Assembly (NCBI GenBank): GCA_016183565.1
Contig: JACPEJ010000004.1
Location: 41,178-105,177 of the forward strand
DNA length: 64,000 nt
Source of the DNA: Candidatus Blackburnbacteria bacterium
Lineage (GTDB): Bacteria; Patescibacteriota; Microgenomatia; UBA8517; UBA10165
Reading direction: 5' to 3'
The position numbers and the translations under genes are program-made. Below the pieces are notes generated by a model. That model had not been told where the DNA came from and made no database searches. It saw only the letters and a program-made list of their open reading frames with translations. Numbering within the stretch: the stretch's first letter is position 1; the number at the start of each line of letters is the position of its first letter. Below are positions 56,966 to 64,000 of this stretch, one piece after another.

Positions 56966-57036
56966 AGGGCTGTGGTGAAATGGCATCACTGCTGTCTCCA
57001 AAACAGCCATTCCAGGTTCGAATCCTGGCAGCCCTG
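56966..57036 (+). tRNA. tRNA-Trp(CCA)
   Basis: AGGGCTG/CAGCCCT acceptor stem; GCTGT-CT CCA AA-ACAGC; GTTCGAATC. Confidence 0.9.
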
Positions 57037-57414
57037 CATTCCAGGTGCCTTCGGAATTATACTTCGCTTAAAGCTGTGCCACCTGTAAAGTAGAAATGCG
57101 AGGTTAAGGGTGTGTGTCGAGAAAACTCCTCAAGAATAATTTTTTGATAAGGAAAATTCGGCCTTTTAGGGTCTTTTTGAGTTCCTCTATTTGGTAATCC
57201 CAAATCAAGCTCACAAGTTATTGTACATCAAATCGACCACTCAAAGCAAAGAGGGTGACCCTGTAATTACTTGACATTCAGTGAACTTTATAGTATACTA
57301 TTGGCTTAGAGGATGAGATAGTTGGCTGTCCGCAAACCAATCAATTCTCAACTTCTCACTACCCGCAAGGGAGTGAAACTAGCACTTTAAATTGCGGAAG
57401 AAGGAGAACAAGAG

Positions 57415-58101
57415 GTGAAGCTTTTCTGGGCAGTCCTGGTATCCGTTTCGTTGGTGGTCACGACCTTCGGCTCAGCCTCCGCTGACAACAGCAAGGCGAC
57501 CCCGATAGTGCCGCGTGTCGAGCTTTCCATGCCGGTAAGCGTACAGCCCGGCCAGACCGTTGAGGTCCCCGTCGTTGTCCGCACCGCTGGCGTGGCCGTG
57601 GATGTGGGCGAGTTCCTACTTGTCTACCCTGTCGACGCGATCGAGTCCGTCACTTTCAAAGCTGCGGATGGTATCACTACCATCACACAGCCTCGTCGCG
57701 AGGACGAGGGCCTTGGCAAGTTCTACCTGGCCTATGGGGTGTTGGGAGGCACGCTGAAGGATGGTCAAAGGGTGGCAACGATCAAGGTCGCACTCAAGAA
57801 CAGCCTTCCGGCCACAACCATCACACTGCAGCTTCAGCGGAACAACCTGGCCCACGCCGGCATGCCTATTTCGCAAGCCCCTGACACGACGTATACCATC
57901 AGTGTGAGGCAGCTCCTGCTGGGTGATGCGAACGGCGACGGCGTCGTGGACCTTATTGACTTTTCGATCATGCTCGGGTCTTTCGGCGTCTGCAAGGGGC
58001 AGACCGCCTACAATCCGCAGGCCGACTTCAGTCGGAGCGGGTGCGTCAACACCGAAGACTTCTCGCTCTTGAGGAGCAATTTCGGCCGTAAGCAGGCGTA
58101 A
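57415..58101 (+). CDS. Secreted cohesin-like plus dockerin-like protein
   Basis: Signal peptide (ASA), VQPGQTVEVPVVV beta domain, GDANGDGVVDLIDF...ADFSRSGCVNTEDF; GC-rich. Confidence 0.75.
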   Translation: MKLFWAVLVSVSLVVTTFGSASADNSKATPIVPRVELSMPVSVQPGQTVEVPVVVRTAGVAVDVGEFLLVYPVDAIESVTFKAADGITTITQPRREDEGLGKFYLAYGVLGGTLKDGQRVATIKVALKNSLPATTITLQLQRNNLAHAGMPISQAPDTTYTISVRQLLLGDANGDGVVDLIDFSIMLGSFGVCKGQTAYNPQADFSRSGCVNTEDFSLLRSNFGRKQA

Positions 58102-58123
58102 AGCCCTTCTTCCACAAGTATAC

Positions 58124-58194
58124 AAAGGCACCGTGTTCAGATACCAGTCGGTATCTGATTGTGACAATGACGTCACCACGGTGCCTTTTCTTTT
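58124..58194 (+). terminator. Terminator stem enclosing two inner hairpins
   Basis: AAAGGCACCGTG/CACGGTGCCTTT around TCAGATACC/GGTATCTGA and GTGAC/GTCAC. Confidence 0.65.
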
Positions 58195-58246
58195 GGTTCT
58201 TTTCTTTACTAACACAAAACAATTCCTTAAGTGAATTCTCAAAATT

Positions 58247-58276
58247 ACACTACACTCCTACGTAGGAGTGTAGTGT
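58247..58276. repeat. Perfect 30-bp palindrome
   Basis: ACACTACACTCCTAC|GTAGGAGTGTAGTGT. Confidence 0.85.
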
Positions 58277-58404
58277 GTTCAATTAAATATATGAATAAAC
58301 TTATATGTTACAGGTGATATTTTGTGATACGTTATATCTCCTTGCCTCGCTTGACAAATAAAAGCACAAATGTATACTTAAATATACATTCAAGTGCATA
58401 TATT

Positions 58405-58701
58405 ATGAACTACATGACTACAACTGAATTACGAACAAAGACAAAGGAACTTATCCAAGCTCTCAAGGATGGTGAGACTGTGGAGTTGATTCATAGATCC
58501 AAAATCATTGGAGAGTTTAGGCCAGCTGAAGAAGAAGCGCCAGTAATACGAGACCTAGAGAAGTTTGAAAAATTCCTTGCTGGCATAGATCCTGGTGAAG
58601 ACACAACCTACAGAGAAAGAGAAAGACGCTATAGAAAGCATCTTGAGGGAAAGTATGGCAAGGGTCTTTCTGGACACCAACATATTTATAGACTACGTTG
58701 A
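58405..58701 (+). CDS. Phd/YefM-like antitoxin
   Basis: TTTELRTKT..L..GETVELIHRSKIIG; overlaps PIN gene. Confidence 0.75.
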   Translation: MNYMTTTELRTKTKELIQALKDGETVELIHRSKIIGEFRPAEEEAPVIRDLEKFEKFLAGIDPGEDTTYRERERRYRKHLEGKYGKGLSGHQHIYRLR

Positions 58702-59029
58702 GCGTAAACCAAGCGCAGACCGAGCAGAGCTTGTATCACACAAGGTCTTTGTATCAGTACTCTCAGTCCACATTTTGGCCTACATATATAAGTACAAAGT
58801 TCCCACACCAAAACTCAAAGACTTGGAAAAGAATTTTACGCTCCTACCGTTCAATAGAATAATATTTGAGAAATCACGTCTAGGGCCAACAACCGATTTT
58901 GAAGATAATGTACAGTTAAATTCTGCTGTCGAAGCCGATTGTGATTTTTTCTTAACACTTGACCGCCAGCTCTTAAAACTGAAGTTTTTTGGCAAAACAA
59001 GGGTGGTTTCCTCTCTGAGCGCAGATTGA
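58655..59029 (+). CDS. PIN-domain toxin
   Basis: VFLDTNIFID, DFEDNVQ, FLTLD. Confidence 0.88.
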   Translation: MARVFLDTNIFIDYVERKPSADRAELVSHKVFVSVLSVHILAYIYKYKVPTPKLKDLEKNFTLLPFNRIIFEKSRLGPTTDFEDNVQLNSAVEADCDFFLTLDRQLLKLKFFGKTRVVSSLSAD

Positions 59030-59044
59030 AACTTGCTACTACAT

Positions 59045-59827
59045 TCATTTAATACAAAAGAAGCTCCCGATTGGGGAAAGTTCGGCAAGAGAAATCTCCT
59101 GAGAGTAAAATGCTGAGGCTGTTCCCCCGTCAAGATTTAGCGCGTCTTTAAACTTTATTCCAGATTTTTCTTCAAACATTTTTAAAACAGAAGGCAGACC
59201 AGCAAGGTTTGGTCCTATAAAAAGAGATTTCGGATTAAAAAGAACAAGGAAGATAGCTTTCCCCTCTTCGCTAGTTCCAACAACAATTCGTCTTTCTCGT
59301 TGATCATTTTTAAGTTTCAAGGATTGTGCACTATTGTTTTTTATCAAAATCGGTCCTGCTTGAACTGCAAACCGAAAGTCTTTTTGTGTCATATCTTCGG
59401 ATACGAACACCACACCCTCACTGTCGATCCCAAAAACTCCGTTAAATAAAGCGTTCTTTGCCCATTTCTTCAGCATTTCTCCCTCTGTCACAAAAAGTCC
59501 TATGTGTTCTCCTTCTTTTGTATAAAAACCTCCGCTTACAATGTTTTTGCATCCTTTTTCTTGCATTAAAGCTTTTGCGGTTTTTTTCTCGTCAAGATTG
59601 GAGAAAAGAAAAATCTCATTTGGGTTCGGAACTTCAAACCAAACAATTCTTAGAGTTGAATCTAAGTAGTTTAGATCAATAATGTTTTTGTTTTTTGTTT
59701 TGATATTACTTTCCACCTCACCTTGTTTTGGTAATTCCGTGTTTGTTTTTTCCAACCACAACCAGAGGTAGCCTAAAATTCCTACACTAATTATCATTCC
59801 TAGAGCCAAGAGATGAACCCTTTTCAT
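59045..59827 (-). CDS. Phosphodiester glycosidase (NAGPA)-family protein
   Basis: TM anchor, SGGFY, VQAGP.L, ALNLDGG.AS. Confidence 0.8.
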   Translation of the reverse strand: MKRVHLLALGMIISVGILGYLWLWLEKTNTELPKQGEVESNIKTKNKNIIDLNYLDSTLRIVWFEVPNPNEIFLFSNLDEKKTAKALMQEKGCKNIVSGGFYTKEGEHIGLFVTEGEMLKKWAKNALFNGVFGIDSEGVVFVSEDMTQKDFRFAVQAGPILIKNNSAQSLKLKNDQRERRIVVGTSEEGKAIFLVLFNPKSLFIGPNLAGLPSVLKMFEEKSGIKFKDALNLDGGTASAFYSQEISLAELSPIGSFFCIK

Positions 59828-59884
59828 GCAATATACTAGTATATACCCACACCGGTTGGCTGGACGTGGATGGTAAAATGGAGC

Positions 59885-60925
59885 GTGAGCAAAATTACCA
59901 CACTGACACTTTTCATTTTTGCAATTGTTATTTCTGGAACATTTGGTTGGTGGGTTGGCAAAAACCAAGAAAAAACAACCAGAGCGCTACCTAAAACAAT
60001 TACCGAAAGGTTAAGACCTCTTGAGAAATACTCGATAGAAAATCTTTCAAAAAGAACAATTACTCCATCAGAGATCAAAATTGAAAAAGAATTGCAAGCC
60101 AAGACAACTGCTGTCAAAAACCCAATTTTCAAAAGCTACCTTTTTTCTTATATATCAGAGGGTAAAAAGGTAAGCGGGCAAGTTAATATTCCCTCAGGAT
60201 CGGGGTCATTTCCAGCTGTTGTGATGTACAGGGGATATATTGACCAGAATGAGTACACGACTGGTATGGGGACAAGGAATACTGCCTCTGTTTTGGCACA
60301 AAACGGGTTTGTTACTTTTGCGCCTGATTTTTTGGGGTATGGGGAGTCGGATCCTATTAATCCTGATGTTATTCCGGCACGTTTTGAAACTTACACAACT
60401 GCCTTGGACATGCTTTCTGCTGTCGAAAATGGAAAGTTCGTTTCTGACAATCCTAACATTGAAAATTTCAAATTAAAAATTAAAAATTTATTCTTGTGGG
60501 GTCATTCAAATGGCGGACATATTGCGCTTGCGGTTTTGGAGATAACCCAAAAAGAAATTCCAACTGTTCTTTGGGCACCTGTTACTAAACCTTTCCCCTA
60601 CTCTATTCTCTATTTTACAGATGAATCGGAAGATCATGGCAAATTCTTAAGACGCCAGATTGCTAATTTTGAGGAAGATTATGACATTAATCTTTATTCG
60701 ATTGATACATACTTTGATCGTATTAATGCGCCAATAGAACTTCACCAAGGAACTTTGGACGTGGCTGTCCCCAAACGCTGGTCGGACAGTTTTGTAAATA
60801 CTTTAAAAAAGAAGGAGAAAAAGATAACTTATTTCGTTTATCCGGGCGCGGATCATGACCTTAAACCTTCTTGGGATATTATAGTAAACCGCACTTTAGC
60901 TTTTTACAATAAACACCTTAAATAA
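59885..60925 (+). CDS. Exported alpha/beta hydrolase (S9-like)
   Basis: PDFLGYGES, WGHSNGG, HQGT.D, GADH. Confidence 0.88.
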   Translation: MSKITTLTLFIFAIVISGTFGWWVGKNQEKTTRALPKTITERLRPLEKYSIENLSKRTITPSEIKIEKELQAKTTAVKNPIFKSYLFSYISEGKKVSGQVNIPSGSGSFPAVVMYRGYIDQNEYTTGMGTRNTASVLAQNGFVTFAPDFLGYGESDPINPDVIPARFETYTTALDMLSAVENGKFVSDNPNIENFKLKIKNLFLWGHSNGGHIALAVLEITQKEIPTVLWAPVTKPFPYSILYFTDESEDHGKFLRRQIANFEEDYDINLYSIDTYFDRINAPIELHQGTLDVAVPKRWSDSFVNTLKKKEKKITYFVYPGADHDLKPSWDIIVNRTLAFYNKHLK

Positions 60926-60982
60926 CTCTTTGTTCTTGCTATTGACATACACTGTTTGTAAAAGCTAAACTCAAGGAGAATA

Positions 60983-61510
60983 ATGGGTGTTAGTCTTGCA
61001 GAACTAGCTCGCCCTTCAGAACTTACAGGATCTCAGACACCTGAGGTTCTTCAACCCCCAAAGGTGATCATATTTGACTGCGAACAACTTCTTGAAGTAC
61101 TTGAATCATTTCCCCATCCACGAGTGGACCCAGATTTTCAAAGACAGTTAGAGAAGCTAAGAGTTGTAACAGAAAGGGCTTTTGTTCCTGAGTCTCTAGT
61201 TGCTACAGTAAGAGTTGTAGGTTTAGCAAGAGTTGATGATGGTTTTTTGCAAGTGAGCCATGATTATTTTACGATGGGAACTTCTTATAGAAGATTGGGC
61301 AATCCCCGGATCATACAAGTCCAAGGGGATACTGTACGGGGCATAGGGTTTGATTACGAGGAGATGGTTTATCGCTTGTATCAGATTGAGGAGGATCAAG
61401 TAATTTTGGTTGTTAATCGACCACCGGCAGATTCGTTTATACAAGATCCAACAGGCGGACAGAGATATGTTTTAAATCCTCTCCGTTGTCATATCCCCCC
61501 AGTCCTCTGA
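60983..61510 (+). CDS. Hypothetical protein
   Basis: TTGACA promoter and AAGGAG RBS; 175 aa. Confidence 0.65.
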   Translation: MGVSLAELARPSELTGSQTPEVLQPPKVIIFDCEQLLEVLESFPHPRVDPDFQRQLEKLRVVTERAFVPESLVATVRVVGLARVDDGFLQVSHDYFTMGTSYRRLGNPRIIQVQGDTVRGIGFDYEEMVYRLYQIEEDQVILVVNRPPADSFIQDPTGGQRYVLNPLRCHIPPVL

Positions 61511-61588
61511 CATATCTTGTTTATTTTTGGTATACTTATGGCAGAAGGTATACTTTCCCAAACATGGAAGGGAGGCGATATATGACAT

Positions 61589-61789
61589 ATGGTAGTTGTC
61601 AAAGCAAAACCTGGCGAGTCAATGGATCGTCTTATTGCGCGTTTTCGAAAAAAAATCTTGCACTCTGGAGTTCTTTTGGAATACAAAGAGCGCGAACGCC
61701 ATAAGACAGACGCACAACGCCGCAAGGAACATAAATATAGAATTAAACATCTTCGGGAGATAGAGAAGAAGTATGGGCAGGATAGGTAA
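61589..61789 (+). CDS. rpsU: 30S ribosomal protein S21
   Basis: GESMDRLIARFRKKI..SGVL.EYKER. Confidence 0.85.
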   Translation: MVVVKAKPGESMDRLIARFRKKILHSGVLLEYKERERHKTDAQRRKEHKYRIKHLREIEKKYGQDR

Positions 61790-62104
61790 GAACTTTTCTT
61801 ACCCGTCCATACTTAGGATGTTTTTTGGCAAGTTTTCGCATTGGGTTATCTCTATAAACTTTGGCGATTACAGACGCTGCGGCAGTGGAGATGGATTTTC
61901 GTCCCCTTTTACTATTGCCAACTGGTTCTTTCTTTTGATCCCATGAGTGTACGGCACCTTCGGTAATTGGCAATCTAGGCGTAGGCATGATAGAATAAGA
62001 ACCTGATAGGAATCAGGAATTATCTAATTTTCAATTTACAATTTTCAATGAAAATTTAGAGATTAAAAATTGATTAAAAATTAAAAATTTCAAATTGTAT
62101 TTTT

Positions 62105-62284
62105 ATGGGTCTTGTCTCGTTTTTAAAAGAGGTTCGGGCTGAATTATCTAAAGTAGTTTGGCCGACAAAGCAGCATACAATTCAAGCAACAATATTGGTT
62201 GTAGTAATATCAATATTTGTAGGCGTGTATGTAGGAGGACTGGATTTGATTTTTACGAGTTTGATGAACACGATACTTAAGTAA
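62105..62284 (+). CDS. secE: Preprotein translocase subunit SecE (not in ORF track)
   Basis: FLKEVRAELSKVVWPT followed by a TM helix; upstream of nusG. Confidence 0.92.
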   Translation: MGLVSFLKEVRAELSKVVWPTKQHTIQATILVVVISIFVGVYVGGLDLIFTSLMNTILK

Positions 62285-62316
62285 ATTCAAAAGTTAAAAG
62301 TTAAAAGTCAAAAGTT

Positions 62317-63018
62317 ATGGCTAAAGACCAATCCAAACTACAAGAAGACCAGATTGAAACTCCTGCAGAGGCTGCGGAGGAGGAATTGTCTGTTGAAAAA
62401 CCTGATGTGACCCCAAAAGACACGGGTATTTCTGAGCGTGGAGCTGGCTCAAAGCAACTTTCAGGTCATATTATTATTTCTGAAACCCGCGACCCTCGGG
62501 CCCGTTGGTATGTTGTCCATACAACTTCCGGACACGAAGCACGTGTTGCAGAATCTTTGAGACAAAGAATTGAAACAATGACTCTCGGAGAAAAGGTTTT
62601 TGAGATTTTGATTCCAACACAAGATCGAGTTGTTATAAGGTCCGGTAAAAAACTAATGGTTAAGGAAAAAATCTTCCCTGGGTATCTTTTGGTTAAGATG
62701 ATTTTGGATGAGGATGCTTGGCTTGGTGTGAGAACTACTCCTGGTGTTACAGGATTTGTGGGCGCAGGGAATACACCCACTCCCCTTTCAAACCAAGAAG
62801 TAGAAAATATAGAGAAGTTTATTTCAGCACCTGCAGCACGTTATAAGGTTCGATTCTCAACAGGTGAGGCAGTGAGAATTACAGACGGGCCATTCGCAGA
62901 ATTTTTAGGAACCATAAACGAAATGGATGAAGAGCGAGGAAAAGTTAAGGTTATGGTTTCGATCTTTGGAAGAGAAACACCTGTGGAATTGGATTTTCTA
63001 CAGATAGCGAAGGTGTAA
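62317..63018 (+). CDS. nusG: Transcription factor NusG with N-terminal extension
   Basis: WYVVHT.SGHE, FPGY, TPGVTGFVG, GPFAEF, FGRETPVEL. Confidence 0.96.
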   Translation: MAKDQSKLQEDQIETPAEAAEEELSVEKPDVTPKDTGISERGAGSKQLSGHIIISETRDPRARWYVVHTTSGHEARVAESLRQRIETMTLGEKVFEILIPTQDRVVIRSGKKLMVKEKIFPGYLLVKMILDEDAWLGVRTTPGVTGFVGAGNTPTPLSNQEVENIEKFISAPAARYKVRFSTGEAVRITDGPFAEFLGTINEMDEERGKVKVMVSIFGRETPVELDFLQIAKV

Positions 63019-63069
63019 ACAGGTTGTAGTTTGTAGGTTTTAGGTTGTAGAAAAATTCTGCCTAATAAA

Positions 63070-63498
63070 ATGGTTGCAAAAAAAGTAAAAATCATTGTCA
63101 AAATTAATTTACCAGCAGGAGAGGCAACTCCTGCTCCTCCTTTGGGTCCAACCTTGGGTCAACATGGAGTTCCGATAATGGATTTTGTTAAGGCTTACAA
63201 TGAAAAAACTGCTGATCAAAAAGGCAATATTGTTCCTGTTGTTATAACAATATATGAAGATCGAAGTTTTGAGTTTGAAACAAAACTTGCACCGGTTTCT
63301 GAACTAATAAAGAAAGAGCTTAATCTTCAAAAAGGAAGCGGAGAACAAAAGAAAAATATAGTTGGAAAATTAACTTCTGATCAGATCAAAAAGATTGCAG
63401 AAGCTAAATTACCGGATTTGAATACTGTAGATGTTGAGGCTGCGATGCACATAGTAGAAGGAACAGCAAGGAGTATGGGGGTGAAAGTAAGTTCGTAG
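63070..63498 (+). CDS. rplK: 50S ribosomal protein L11
   Basis: [21 protein letters not shown]. Confidence 0.96.
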   Translation: MVAKKVKIIVKINLPAGEATPAPPLGPTLGQHGVPIMDFVKAYNEKTADQKGNIVPVVITIYEDRSFEFETKLAPVSELIKKELNLQKGSGEQKKNIVGKLTSDQIKKIAEAKLPDLNTVDVEAAMHIVEGTARSMGVKVSS

Positions 63499-63569
63499 GT
63501 TGTAGTGAGTAGTAAGTAGACTATTCGAAAACAGTAATCTACCACCTACTACCTACAGCCTACAACCTA
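63495..63569. repeat. 'Empty' inverted heptamer pair related to the repeats flanking the four-helix-bundle gene
   Basis: GTAGGTTGTAGTGAGTAG...CTACCTACAGCCTACAACCTA. Confidence 0.8.
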
Positions 63570-63577
63570 AATTTGTT

Positions 63578-64000
63578 ATGGGGAAAACTAAGACAGCGTT
63601 TGTAGGCCAAGAAGATCAGCAAAAAGCAAAAGACGCCAAAAAGGCAAAATACGAAGCCAAAAAAGCGGCACGTAAAATTCGTGTTCCGGGGCTTGGCGGC
63701 GGGCAGCGTGTTGTTGCTGTGGAGGCAGAACCAGCCCAGGTAGAAATTTCATCCCCAACCGCCCCAACTATCCCAGCCACCCCTAAAAAGATCAAAGTCA
63801 GGGGTAGAAAATATCTCTTGGCCCGAGCAAAGGTAGACCCGACAAGGGTTTACCTTGTAGACGAAGCAGTAAAACTTGTAAAAGAAACCTCTTTCTCTTC
63901 TTTTCCAGGTCGGGTAGAAGCTCATTTGGTGCTTCGCACCGGTTCTGTTAATAAAACTGTTGATCTCCCCCACTCAACCGGTCAAACCAGAAGGATTGAG
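63578..64000 (+). CDS. rplA: 50S ribosomal protein L1, partial, with N-terminal extension
   Basis: RGRKYL.AR..VD...Y.VDEAV.LVK.TSF..F...VE.H, V.LPHSTG; follows rplK; runs off the window. Confidence 0.88.
   Translation, partial: MGKTKTAFVGQEDQQKAKDAKKAKYEAKKAARKIRVPGLGGGQRVVAVEAEPAQVEISSPTAPTIPATPKKIKVRGRKYLLARAKVDPTRVYLVDEAVKLVKETSFSSFPGRVEAHLVLRTGSVNKTVDLPHSTGQTRRIE

Noticed and set aside
61743-61988. 81-aa ORF convergent on rpsU
   Set aside because: It has no recognisable motif and overlaps rpsU, so coding status cannot be supported.
1-64000. Prophage, IS transposase or alternative genetic code
   Set aside because: No phage structural, integrase or transposase motifs were seen. TGA acts as a stop in conserved genes and tRNA-Trp(CCA) is standard.

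Overview
This is a bacterial chromosome segment, probably from a Patescibacteria (CPR, Microgenomates-like) genome. That assignment is an inference from gene content, compact ribosomal-protein genes and near-leaderless promoters. Housekeeping genes include cysS, recR-ybaB-dnaX, ybeY, rseP-frr-tsf-rpsB, folD-glyA, topA-dprA, mreB-mreC-mreD-mrdA, def-fmt, rpmB, rpmG, rpsU and secE-nusG-rplK-rplA. There is also a CsoR-led copper/heavy-metal operon, three sigma70-family genes, two PIN toxin-antitoxin pairs, four tRNAs, a probable 6S RNA and several gene relics. The most striking features are: (1) a four-helix-bundle (Avd/IVS-like) gene bracketed by a perfect 23-bp inverted repeat built from a heptamer that also occurs as an 'empty' inverted pair and as in-frame arrays in essential genes; (2) several families of 15-55 bp palindromes inserted in frame into conserved proteins, often nested inside the heptamer arrays; (3) a dTMP locus with two divergent double-domain ThyX proteins, three dUTPase/Dcd-fold proteins and a dCMP deaminase relic; (4) a free-standing LAGLIDADG gene between tRNA-Thr (which has an unusual long variable arm) and tRNA-Tyr; (5) a DGR-target-like gene inside a cassette bounded by a 32-bp direct repeat. 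All calls come from reading motifs by eye, with no database searches.
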